A DNA stretch of 64,000 bases from a virus. The notes below the pieces were generated by a model. It did no database searches and was not told the DNA's origin. It worked only from the letters and a program-made list of their open reading frames with translations. A program made the translations under genes and the position numbers. Of the stretch, positions 54,101 to 62,465 are shown in pieces (the first letter of the stretch is position 1; each line of letters opens with the position of its first letter). Where the stretch lies: positions 1 through 64,000 of IMG/VR virus record IMGVR_UViG_3300046792_000297, one strand, 5' to 3'.

Positions 54101-55905
54101 TCACGGGTGGTGGGTCAAGTTTGTGGGAAGGTGGGATTGGCGGCGCTCTTCATATCGATGGCAGCAACATGAACACTTTCCGCAACACCGGTATTCTGCC
54201 GGGGTCTGGGCTTATTGTTGACAACGGCCACGGGAACATTTTTGAAACGCAGTACGTTGCAGGCGTGCGGCAATATCTGGGGAGGCGTGTTTATGCTGGC
54301 ACTAAGCCTGCCCGGAAGCCAGTTGGTGAGATGGACGGCTCAGCCATCGTGGGCGGCAGTGCGACAACACCTTACTACAGTGCTTCCGATCTGATGACAA
54401 CTTGTTCAGATTGGGCATTTGCCTATTATCCCGGCACAACGGCAGGGTCATGCGTAAGCGATCCGAGCGGGACAGAGTTGCCACACGGTTATTTTGAATC
54501 TGCAACGCCCACGCCTGGCTTTGACATAGTCAATGCTTCGCCGGGTGGTGGCTGGGCGGGAGGCCCACGGTTATTTGGTGGTCATGCGCCTCTGCAAAAG
54601 GTAAGAGTCTACGTGACAGGCCGCTGCGTTGGCGCTGGATGTGCCGCAACGACGCTAGCAACCTACAGAGATTCGCCTACGAGCACGGAGTTCGGCAGAG
54701 CTACCTTGAACTTTACGTCATCGTGGTCAACTCAGTCGTTTCCTGCCGATGCGAGTAACGGTGTAGCGGGAAACATCCCCAACGTAACTATGACCGGTTG
54801 GACCAACACGGGAACAGCTTACGACATAGCGATGATCACCATTCAGCCGATCCCGACGGATACGATCAACGTCACCTATCTGGGCAACACTCCATCGCAA
54901 GCGGCAGCGGCGTTCGGATCGCCTGTGATACTCAGCATGGAGAAGGTGACGACTGGAGTTAGTGTTTTTTCGCTGCCTGATTCTACTTCACCAACAGGAT
55001 TCTCGAATACGGCTACGGCATCTGGCGGTTGGATTTGCTGCACTACTTTTCCGAATGGCACTGGTGTCTATCTTGGTGGAAGGGACTTTCCGACTAGCTA
55101 CGGAGTGTTGCAATGGACGGTGCAGGGTCCATCCGTCTGGACCGATACACTCAATGGTCTTCTGACCAACGTGGCGACCACATGCACCTTGACTACTTTT
55201 AATACTTCAACTTGGCAAGCTAATGGGTACTTCCTCATCGATCAAGAGATTCTTGGCTACACTGGGGCAGTGCCGGGGAGTAATGGATTTACCTGCACAC
55301 GCGGCAACTTCGGAACTATCGCGCAGCAGCACTCTAATGGTGCAGCCGTGTCCAGCGTGGGGACGACAAACTTCCTGACCAAATGCAACAACCTAGATGC
55401 ATCCACCGGGCGTAGCACCGTCGTTCCCATTCTTCCGACATGGCAGCAATATCGGCAAGCATTTGTCGGCACCGCCTGTTCTGGGTACACTCCCGCCTTT
55501 CAGATGTTTGCTGGCACCGGTCCAACGGGACAAACGTTCAAGGTGGCCAGTATCACCATAGAAAGTTTGCAGGGCGTTCTTCCCCAGCCCACCGCCGCCA
55601 ACCAAGTGTTAAGTTCTGGCGCGGTGCTAACTGGCGGCGCGGGGTATGCGTTCAACACGCTGACCACCATGCCCCCAGTTAGGGCCGGAACATGGGCGAT
55701 CTCGGCGGCGACTTCCGCTCCCATCACGTTTGCCCCGGTCATGCTGGCTACACCGACAAGCTGCGCTGTCACGCCCTCCGCCAGCGCCGCCACAACTGGC
55801 ACACCATTCGCGTCTAGTCTCGCGACCACCGGGTTTACGGTCAACGTTCCCACCAGCGGCAGTTTGAGCGGCACCTACCTGTGCGCGATCACCAACGCCT
55901 ACTAA
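51175..55905 (+). CDS. 1576-aa spike/fibre-like protein with signal peptide and pectate-lyase-like beta-helix region
   Basis: MKRILGWTLLLFVCQAALA-Q; TPNLGLNLP...W....N.NF..ID; VKAPPYNAKCD...TDD...LPAG; duplicated SITSWSITGNVAT domain. Confidence 0.8.
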   Translation: MKRILGWTLLLFVCQAALAQMAQTPNLGLNLPPQGYPNWANLNNQNFVTIDAVVGGLQKQWQGTWTSAVTYQPAQIVTWQASSYISITGTNANNQPDLSPGYWAKIGTTAAGAVNELQMNAGGSFAATTGMTYDLTSNTLRAPQVNVSGNIQGVSLKLSGLAPGSALVCTSGTDGTLTNGACSVPPASVAWPPSCTGVYAPATNTCVAVGTAANPAGNVKEVQFNAGGTFGTDSAITIDNSTHTLGSQNVSGSANTVLYVKAPPYNAKCDVHVGGLGDAVITSGTTTYGGFSTADVGKTVKGVSSQANGSVSYVGKIVSWVGGTTTLSPAATITLHYWEWATDDHDSLMAALNDAYAQNVEIQLPAGQCLTSTLVWKGQSFHGSGRGVSYVRGMPGQDVFQMPEYGTSYSITSWSITGNVATFQTTSNNLLAGNVVTLGGFGTSTFFNLQTVTVTSATGTQFVAPITHANGSATEAGFAATGGAFPITSWSITGNVATVQVANNFPAGANITLSRFGTSTFFNAQNVTILAAGLSPTQFSFNFTHANGSATESGLATTQATSIRQFNVHDLSIVIDSTVNAAATAAGGNNTFPYRIGGTFQGMTPFTPPPAPGVPVFGTCGAGGGYADAGGTLVTITCPLTGLPLNLASLEPTWVINAPITVDGAGAAGGVYAGHIQSIVNDGVTSVSGSGGSGMTVGTYPLSFSGGGGSGASGTIAVTNATTYVVLLRVGGAGYTSPPTVTAATGGTPPTFTAAIGTSCAGGTICTVRVDNAIATSVSATTGTWLTAQTPPWYFGNAGIAMPCSGGGACNGVGFSVIRNVNFDQVANGYIGRSHTTGIFTQAQMYGDSFENLVFTQLYGGYIEVQPPAGNLSTADTMSFKDISFYNENFPIMTYNGNDRVINGMNIYQELLLSEGPFFFSRQQALSGYLNWAINSFYIEGGASTNGEWARFQGGPFHMRAASFGGGNPAGSYIEFTGGGSSLWEGGIGGALHIDGSNMNTFRNTGILPGSGLIVDNGHGNIFETQYVAGVRQYLGRRVYAGTKPARKPVGEMDGSAIVGGSATTPYYSASDLMTTCSDWAFAYYPGTTAGSCVSDPSGTELPHGYFESATPTPGFDIVNASPGGGWAGGPRLFGGHAPLQKVRVYVTGRCVGAGCAATTLATYRDSPTSTEFGRATLNFTSSWSTQSFPADASNGVAGNIPNVTMTGWTNTGTAYDIAMITIQPIPTDTINVTYLGNTPSQAAAAFGSPVILSMEKVTTGVSVFSLPDSTSPTGFSNTATASGGWICCTTFPNGTGVYLGGRDFPTSYGVLQWTVQGPSVWTDTLNGLLTNVATTCTLTTFNTSTWQANGYFLIDQEILGYTGAVPGSNGFTCTRGNFGTIAQQHSNGAAVSSVGTTNFLTKCNNLDASTGRSTVVPILPTWQQYRQAFVGTACSGYTPAFQMFAGTGPTGQTFKVASITIESLQGVLPQPTAANQVLSSGAVLTGGAGYAFNTLTTMPPVRAGTWAISAATSAPITFAPVMLATPTSCAVTPSASAATTGTPFASSLATTGFTVNVPTSGSLSGTYLCAITNAY

Positions 55906-55999
55906 TAATGATTATTTTGGCCCTGTTCGCGCTGGCCGTACTCCTGGCGCTCAGCCGTTGGTGGCCCGACCTGTTGAACCCGCTCTGAGGAGAATCGGT

Positions 56000-56335
56000 A
56001 TGGACACCAAGAAGACTGTCGCCTGGATCAAGACCGCCCTCATCTCGTCCGTGGTCGGCGGCATCATGGCCGCCATTGCCGCCGCCTGCGATCCGTCCAA
56101 GTACCGCTTCCCCCAGGACTTGGGCAGTGGGAAGCTCTGGCCGTTCTTTCTGGCCGGGGCGGGGGCGATGTTCGGCGGGATGCTGCTGAAGTCGCCGCTG
56201 GGTCAGTCGGCGCTCAGCACGTTCAAGGACAGCCAGGCGCAACTGGCGCAGAGCAAGCAGGACCTGGCCGACGCCAAGGAGCAACTCAAGCAAACCCCGA
56301 CCGGGCCGCCGCCCAACGGGCCGGGAAAGGCGTAG
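56000..56335 (+). CDS. two-TM membrane protein (holin-like)
   Basis: two hydrophobic segments plus coiled-coil tail; GAGGAG upstream. Confidence 0.55.
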   Translation: MDTKKTVAWIKTALISSVVGGIMAAIAAACDPSKYRFPQDLGSGKLWPFFLAGAGAMFGGMLLKSPLGQSALSTFKDSQAQLAQSKQDLADAKEQLKQTPTGPPPNGPGKA

Positions 56336-56342
56336 CGTCGTA

Positions 56343-57203
56343 ATGCCCGGCTTCCGCCCGCCCAACCGCATCGAGATCGCTTACCGGCGGGCCATCACCG
56401 ACGCGCTGGCCGAACTGCTCGGCCTGATCCCGCCCGACCTCAGTGAAGGCGAGTGGCTCACCCAACTGGCGGCGCTCGGCTACCGCCCGGAGATGCTCGA
56501 CCTGGCCGCTCGCACGGCCTACAAGATGGTCGAGTGGATCAACATCGACAACGCCAAGAGTTGGCGGGCCGCCTCGCGGCAGTCGCAACGCTCGCAAAGA
56601 TTATTCCGCCTCTTGCAGCACGAACTGGCCGGGCCGGTCGGCGTCACCCTGAACTGGCTGGTGCGGGAGAACGCCAAGCTGATCTCCTCGATCCCGTCGA
56701 CTGTCGCGTCGATGTTGACCGGCGAGATCGCGACGGCGGCGCAGGGCGGAGCCCGGCACGAAACGATGACGCGGATGATGCGGGTCCGCTTTCCCGAATT
56801 GACCCACAACCGCATCGCCCTGATTGCTCGCACGGAGACGGCCAAGGCGTCGACGGCGCTCACGCGAGCGCGGTCGGAAGAGTTGGACCTGACCTGGTTC
56901 GTCTGGAAGACTTCGGAGGATCGCCGGGTGCGCCCGGCGCATAAGAACCTGAACGGCGTGCTGGTTTCCTGGGCCGACCTGCCGCAGCCCGAGGCGCTGA
57001 TCGGGGAGAAGAGCACGCTGGGCAAGGGCGCGGCGGGCGACTTTCCCAACTGCCGCTGCTACCCCGCCCCGTTGCTCTCGCTCGACGACGTGTTCGCCAA
57101 CGGCAGCGTGCGGGCGCGGGTGTATCACAACGACCACATTGAACGCATGACGCGGGCGCAGTTCGCGCGGCTGTCGGGCGTCGAGCGCCGCTACGCGGCT
57201 TGA
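56343..57203 (+). CDS. MuF/SPP1 gp7-like head morphogenesis protein
   Basis: LIARTETAKA, W.T..D.RVR..H..LNG, NCRC. Confidence 0.93.
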   Translation: MPGFRPPNRIEIAYRRAITDALAELLGLIPPDLSEGEWLTQLAALGYRPEMLDLAARTAYKMVEWINIDNAKSWRAASRQSQRSQRLFRLLQHELAGPVGVTLNWLVRENAKLISSIPSTVASMLTGEIATAAQGGARHETMTRMMRVRFPELTHNRIALIARTETAKASTALTRARSEELDLTWFVWKTSEDRRVRPAHKNLNGVLVSWADLPQPEALIGEKSTLGKGAAGDFPNCRCYPAPLLSLDDVFANGSVRARVYHNDHIERMTRAQFARLSGVERRYAA

Positions 57204-57214
57204 AGGACACCATA

Positions 57215-58444
57215 ATGCCTACACGCAAGGATGCAGTCGCCGACCTGGGCTTCGATCCCACCGGCAAGCAGGACTGTTCGCCCCGTCTGACCGACTACCT
57301 CAATTCCAGCGACGCCAATGGCGGCGAACTGCACTTCCCTGCCGGGCGCTACTACTACCGCTCCACCGTGGAAAGCAACCAGAAGAACGTCAAGTTGGTG
57401 GGCGACGCACACTTGGCCAACATGGGCGACAGCCCGGTGGCCTTCTGCTCCGATCAGTATCTTGAGGCGATTTTGTGGTGGAACGGTTCGCAACCTACTT
57501 CCAATATGAACGGGCCGAGAATCGACCACGTTCAATTTCAGGACACCAGCAGCGACCACGCTCACTTGCGTAGCGCCATCCGCCTCACCGCGACCGCGAA
57601 CGCGGAACTCAAGGTGGGCTTTTTGAATCTTCATCCGCAACGCTACTGCAATGGCACGGCGGCGGTGAGCACCAACTCGAAGACCGTTCAGGGAGCGGGC
57701 ACCAAGTGGCAGGACTACATGAGCCGCTGTGCCTGGCTGGTGATTGATGGCTATCCGTATGAGATCGCCAGCGTGGAGTCGGAGACTGCGCTGACGCTGG
57801 CCATCGAGTACCAGGGGCCGACCGCCAGCAATAAAGGATACGCAATCAACTGGGGCGGCGTGGGCGTGTGGCTCGATCCAGGCACAGACTTTTGTCAGTA
57901 TGGCAAAGAATGGAGCTTGAATGGCCGCTGTGCGTGCGCCCTGTTCGCAGCGGCGGGCGCTACCAGCCCGCGCTACACCGGGACCAGCAGGATCAAGGTA
58001 TTGAGTGGCTACTTAAATGGCGAGGGGATTCCAGACAGCATCGCCGGTTATTTCGGACCCTATTCCGACACGTTCGTTTGGGATTGCGCCATGAACTCGT
58101 TTGCCTTCGGACTTGTCATTGCGAACGGACACCAGCACGACGTGCAACATGGCGATTATGAAAATGCTGGCGGGCCGGTGCCGGTCACGGGTAAGCCGTT
58201 GAGCTACGATTCCTGCCACGGCATCCTGGTCATGTCCTCCAATCACAGCGATACCTGGGGCAACCGCCTGGGTGGATATTTCAGACAGATCGGGACGGCG
58301 ATGGAACTCTATGGCACGCCCGGCAAAGCGCCTGATTGGACAATCATCGGCGTGTCCACCTTCCGCTCCAACAAGGCCAAGCTGATCGTGGGCAACGCCA
58401 CCAACACCGAAATTCTGCAACCGTCGCTCGCGGGCGGCGTGTAA
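57215..58444 (+). CDS. beta-helix (pectate-lyase-like) protein
   Basis: DLGFDPTG..D....L...GG.LHFPAGRY. Confidence 0.7.
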   Translation: MPTRKDAVADLGFDPTGKQDCSPRLTDYLNSSDANGGELHFPAGRYYYRSTVESNQKNVKLVGDAHLANMGDSPVAFCSDQYLEAILWWNGSQPTSNMNGPRIDHVQFQDTSSDHAHLRSAIRLTATANAELKVGFLNLHPQRYCNGTAAVSTNSKTVQGAGTKWQDYMSRCAWLVIDGYPYEIASVESETALTLAIEYQGPTASNKGYAINWGGVGVWLDPGTDFCQYGKEWSLNGRCACALFAAAGATSPRYTGTSRIKVLSGYLNGEGIPDSIAGYFGPYSDTFVWDCAMNSFAFGLVIANGHQHDVQHGDYENAGGPVPVTGKPLSYDSCHGILVMSSNHSDTWGNRLGGYFRQIGTAMELYGTPGKAPDWTIIGVSTFRSNKAKLIVGNATNTEILQPSLAGGV

Positions 58445-58459
58445 ACCACGGAGGGACTA

Positions 58460-58828
58460 ATGCCGCTTACCAACAAGGGCGAATCAATCTTGAACTCGAT
58501 GCGCGAAACTTACCCCTCGGAGGCAAAGGCCAAAGAGGTCTTCTATGCCTCAAAGAACGCACACACCATCAGTGGCGTCGACGCCATGTGCCGCGACGCC
58601 GACGAGATCGACGACGTGGGCCAGTCGGTGCTGCACGCGGTCGATGCGGAGTATCCCATGCCTGGCCAACTGCCCGGCATCCGCATCAACGAGACGGGCC
58701 AGTCGGTGCTGCACGCCATCGACGCGAACGGCGGCGGCAACTCGGGCGCGGTGATCTCGCCCACGCCGGAACTGGGCCAGAGCGCCTACCAGCGTGGCGA
58801 GGCCATCCCCGAAGCTAAGCGGGATTAG
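58460..58828 (+). CDS. small head-region protein with repeated GQSVLHA(V/I)DA motifs
   Basis: MPLTNKG..IL..M...Y......VFYASKN. Confidence 0.75.
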   Translation: MPLTNKGESILNSMRETYPSEAKAKEVFYASKNAHTISGVDAMCRDADEIDDVGQSVLHAVDAEYPMPGQLPGIRINETGQSVLHAIDANGGGNSGAVISPTPELGQSAYQRGEAIPEAKRD

Positions 58829-58830
58829 CC

Positions 58831-58890
58831 GTCTGCCACGTCGCGCCAACTTGCGCCATGTCGCGCCAACGAACGCCAACTTGCGCCAAC
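58831..58890. repeat. six 10-bp phased repeats (NNNYGCCAAC-like)
   Basis: GCCA core at 58835, 58845, 58855, 58865, 58875, 58885. Confidence 0.8.
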
Positions 58891-58914
58891 GAACTCAATA
58901 ACCAGGAGGTTGTC

Positions 58915-59073
58915 ATGATCGCAGTAATTTTGATCATTCTGGTGTTAATGAATGGCATTGGGGCATGGGCATCCCCACAACCGGGTTACTACAGGCATGG
59001 ATGGGGCGTGTTGGGTTTGATTTGCCTAATCCTGTTGATCATCTTGTTACTAAAGCCAGAGTTGCTCCACTGA
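58915..59073 (+). CDS. small two-TM membrane protein
   Basis: AGGAGG upstream; two hydrophobic stretches. Confidence 0.7.
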   Translation: MIAVILIILVLMNGIGAWASPQPGYYRHGWGVLGLICLILLIILLLKPELLH

Positions 59074-59081
59074 GGGCCGCC

Positions 59082-59447
59082 ATGACGATACAGGCTGGAC
59101 ACTCCGCATTCTCCGATCCACCCGCCGTGACCCATGCGGTCCAGCGCGACGAGCAGGGGCGCTTCGCCTCAGATGGCATCGGCGCGGGCAACTCCGCCTT
59201 GAGCGAACTCGCGCCCATCAATGCTCTACCCGTGCAGGTCTACGAAGCCTCGGAAAGCGAAGGCCCGCCGTTCGGCAGCGAGGCGGTGATCGAGCGCAGC
59301 GACGCGGGCCAGGCGACCAGCGAGCAGGCGGTCGAGCCGCTGATCAGCGCGGCCAAGGACGAAATGCGTCACCAGGAAGAGGGCTGGGACCCCGCCGGGT
59401 CGGCTCCGCAGCCGCTGCGACCGTGGGACGACAGCGCGGCCAAATAA
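59082..59447 (+). CDS. acidic head-region protein with RDEQGRF motif
   Basis: GHSAF, QRDEQGRF, GNSAL, AAKDE. Confidence 0.7.
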   Translation: MTIQAGHSAFSDPPAVTHAVQRDEQGRFASDGIGAGNSALSELAPINALPVQVYEASESEGPPFGSEAVIERSDAGQATSEQAVEPLISAAKDEMRHQEEGWDPAGSAPQPLRPWDDSAAK

Positions 59448-59471
59448 CACCACATTAATCATTGTCGAGTA

Positions 59472-59705
59472 ATGTCCTGGGTTCACCGGACGAGCGCCGT
59501 GATGCGCCTGGGAGTTGCTTTCATGGATGACCAACGCAAGGTTAGCCCAAACGAAGTCCGCGCCATGCAGGCGGAACTCGACCGTATGGAGCGCGAAAGC
59601 CCCCACCATCCTGAGATCGACGCCCTGCGCAACCGGCTCCAGATTGCCTACCTCGAACTGGGCGTGCAGGAATTCGGAGGACACCATGCCGATGAATCCG
59701 GGTAA
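59472..59705 (+). CDS. hypothetical protein
   Basis: ORF overlapping next gene; start uncertain. Confidence 0.55.
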   Translation: MSWVHRTSAVMRLGVAFMDDQRKVSPNEVRAMQAELDRMERESPHHPEIDALRNRLQIAYLELGVQEFGGHHADESG

Positions 59706-60138
59706 CTCGGCCTTCGAGGCCATGCCGGTCGTCCACGACAACTTCACGTCGCTGGGGCCGGGCTCCATCCCGGTCACCGACGCCCGCGAGCTTCCCTTCG
59801 CGCCGGACTCCCTTCCGGCGCTCGACGCGGGCACCACCGAGGGCGCGAAGAAAGCCTGGGAGTCGCGCAGCGGCGGCGAGCCGACCACCTCCAAGGGATC
59901 GCGCAGCAAAGCCAATTCTGGCCTGGCCACCATCTCGCGCAAGTATCACAACTCGATTCCGGTACAGGAAATCAACCACGCCCTGACCTCCGCTGGCCTC
60001 CAGCCGATGGAAGGCGGAATTTTCACCGGCAAAGAGGGGCGCTCGCACGAACAGGTTGGCCCCAACACCTGGCTCTCCTTGCAGTGGCACAAGATGGAAG
60101 CCACCGGGCGCTGGGAAATCAACGCCTACGTCAGCTAA
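59686..60138 (+). CDS. head-region protein with GNSAF leader, ALDA site and KAWESR
   Basis: GGAGG upstream; PALDAGTTEGAKKAWESR. Confidence 0.75.
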   Translation: MPMNPGNSAFEAMPVVHDNFTSLGPGSIPVTDARELPFAPDSLPALDAGTTEGAKKAWESRSGGEPTTSKGSRSKANSGLATISRKYHNSIPVQEINHALTSAGLQPMEGGIFTGKEGRSHEQVGPNTWLSLQWHKMEATGRWEINAYVS

Positions 60139-60170
60139 CCACCACCTACATCTCTACCGGAGCGTGAGCG

Positions 60171-61838
60171 ATGCCCAAGTATTACTCCCTCATGCTCAGC
60201 CCCCACATCTCCAAGACGCCCGAGGGCTACCTGATTTGCCGCGACGTGAACATCTGCCGCAGCGGCTTTCAGGAGTACCGGGGCAACGAGTTGAGCCGCT
60301 TCCCCGGCTACGAGCATAGCTGGAACCTGGACCCCGGCCAGACCTACAAGGTCTACCGGCCCAAGGAAGAAGTGCTCAACCCCGACACGATGGCCAGCTT
60401 CGAAGGCAAGACCGTGGTCAACGAGCACCCGGACGGCGACGCGGTCTACATCGACAACGATGGCGAACTGAATTGCGGCCACATCCAGGGCGTGCATCGC
60501 GGGCCGGACCTGCCGCCCAGCGAAGACCTGCCCGAAGGCGCAGTCACCTTGCAGGGCGACCTGCATGTCAAGGACCCGGAACTGGTCGAGAAGATTTGGC
60601 CAGCGGGCGACCCGGAGAACGGAGTCCGCGACATCAGTTGCGGCTACTCACTGAGGCTCAAGCGTCTGGCGGACGGGACGCTTGTCATGACCCACATTCG
60701 CGGGAATCACGTGGCTGTGGTCGAGAAAGGCCGCGCGGGAAGTCTGATCGCTATTCAAGATTCCGCGCCGCAAGCCAAGGCGGAAATCCTGGTTGCGATC
60801 TGCGACTCGGCACCGCCCGAAATCAAACAACAGCGGAGGAAAATCATGACCATCAAAGAATTGATTTTCGGGCGAGGGGTCAAAGCCATGATGCCAGATG
60901 CCAGCCCGGAAGAGGTCAGCGCCGTCCTCAAGGACCTGGAGGATGACAAGAACGGGCACAAGCCTGTAGCCAAGGACTCACTCACCAAACAGGACGAACT
61001 GGCCTCCGAACACCCTCACCGGGTCGCGGCTCATGCGGCGCTCGACCGCTGCATGGACGCTCGCGGGAGCGCGGACGGTATGGGCAAGGACGCCTTCGGC
61101 AAGCCTTCCCATCTGAACCAACTCAAGAAGGAACTGCTCAAGTTCATCGAGGAAGAGGAGGCTGCGGAGGAAACCAAGCCGCCCGGCGAAGAGGGCAAAC
61201 CTGCGCCCGCCACCGCCGCGCCGCCGCCCGCTGCACCACCCGCCGAAGCTGCGCCGCCTGCCAAGCCAGAAGAAGAGGATGCCGCGCCGCCCGAAGAAGC
61301 CAAGCCGGAGATCGAAGAACTGGCCGAAGGCGAAGGCGCGGAGGCGGAAGCTCCGCCGGAGGAAGCCGGTACTGCGCCGCCCGAGGAAGAGAGCGAGGAT
61401 CGCGGGCCGGAAGGCAACGAAGAGCCGCCGGAGGAAGGCGACGAGGAAGAGGAAGAAGCCAACGACGCCGAAGTGACCGAGAAGGGCGAGAGTGTGCTCA
61501 AGCAGGCCAACGATTCAGTGCGGGCCTACATTCGCGCCACCAAGCCGGTGATCGCCGCCATCGTGGCCAAGCCCAAGAGCAAGCGCAGCCCCAAAGAGGT
61601 CCTGATGGTGGACAGCTACAACCGGGCCGTGCGCGGGGTCAATGCGGCGGGTCCGGCCTACCGCGTGCTGGCTAAGGTCAAGGTGCCGCCCCGCATTCCG
61701 GCACTGGCCGTCGACGCCGAGAAGGCTCGCACGGAAGCCAAGGCCGAAACCGATTTGATCGCGAGTTTTTACGAAGGGGTGCCGTGGAATAAGGGCAAGG
61801 AACGCCACGACCTCTATCTCACTACGAAGGGAAAATAA
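60171..61838 (+). CDS. DUF2213 prohead protease fused to acidic scaffold
   Basis: TPEGYL.C, YRP.EEV, SFEGK.V..EHP, ISCGY, GNHVAVV.KGRAG. Confidence 0.92.
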   Translation: MPKYYSLMLSPHISKTPEGYLICRDVNICRSGFQEYRGNELSRFPGYEHSWNLDPGQTYKVYRPKEEVLNPDTMASFEGKTVVNEHPDGDAVYIDNDGELNCGHIQGVHRGPDLPPSEDLPEGAVTLQGDLHVKDPELVEKIWPAGDPENGVRDISCGYSLRLKRLADGTLVMTHIRGNHVAVVEKGRAGSLIAIQDSAPQAKAEILVAICDSAPPEIKQQRRKIMTIKELIFGRGVKAMMPDASPEEVSAVLKDLEDDKNGHKPVAKDSLTKQDELASEHPHRVAAHAALDRCMDARGSADGMGKDAFGKPSHLNQLKKELLKFIEEEEAAEETKPPGEEGKPAPATAAPPPAAPPAEAAPPAKPEEEDAAPPEEAKPEIEELAEGEGAEAEAPPEEAGTAPPEEESEDRGPEGNEEPPEEGDEEEEEANDAEVTEKGESVLKQANDSVRAYIRATKPVIAAIVAKPKSKRSPKEVLMVDSYNRAVRGVNAAGPAYRVLAKVKVPPRIPALAVDAEKARTEAKAETDLIASFYEGVPWNKGKERHDLYLTTKGK

Positions 61839-61841
61839 ACC

Positions 61842-62402
61842 ATGCCCGCAACTGTCATTCCAGTAAAGGGACTCAAACTTGGCTTCGTTGGGAATATCAG
61901 TAATGAGGGCTATTCCCTTCGCACGCCGCGCATGGTCAAGGCCGCCGATCCGAATCCTATCGCGTTCGGTGAGACCGTGACCGTCAACTCCGACAACACC
62001 TACTCCAGCATCAAGAGTTTCGTCGCGGCGGCGGGCACGGTCCTCGCCACCACGCCGCTGGGCATTGCCGTGTCGAACGTGAACATCAACCCGGTCTACG
62101 CCACCACGGGTTCCGGCAACCTGCTCACGGGCGGCGGCAAGTACAACCAGGGCGAGATCGCCGACGTGCTGGTCAAGGGTACGGTGAATGTTTACTGCGC
62201 CAACGGTGCGCCCACCGCCAACGGCAACGTCTACATCCGGGTCGCGCTGAACGGCGCGATTCCCAACGGCGTCATCGGCGGCCTGGAAGCGGCAGCCGAC
62301 GCAGCCAACTCCGTCCTGCTCACCAACCTGAAGTGGAAGACCGGGTACATCGAAGACGATGGCTCTTGCCAGGTCACCATCCTCAACCGCTTCATCCCCT
62401 AA
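61842..62402 (+). CDS. head decoration/cement protein
   Basis: between protease and capsid; I.FG..V...DVLVKG.V.V. Confidence 0.8.
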   Translation: MPATVIPVKGLKLGFVGNISNEGYSLRTPRMVKAADPNPIAFGETVTVNSDNTYSSIKSFVAAAGTVLATTPLGIAVSNVNINPVYATTGSGNLLTGGGKYNQGEIADVLVKGTVNVYCANGAPTANGNVYIRVALNGAIPNGVIGGLEAAADAANSVLLTNLKWKTGYIEDDGSCQVTILNRFIP

Positions 62403-62465
62403 TCGCGGGCAGTAAAAGCGGGCCGCGTTCGCGGTCCGCCACTTCATTGAAGGAGAAACGAAGCA

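Noticed and set aside
44046-55905. Diversity-generating retroelement acting on the fibre genes
   Set aside because: No reverse transcriptase and no adenine-specific TR/VR pair seen. The repeats are ordinary in-frame domain duplications.
56000-56335. Complete lysis cassette
   Set aside because: Only a holin-like membrane protein is visible. No endolysin or spanin was recognised in the window.
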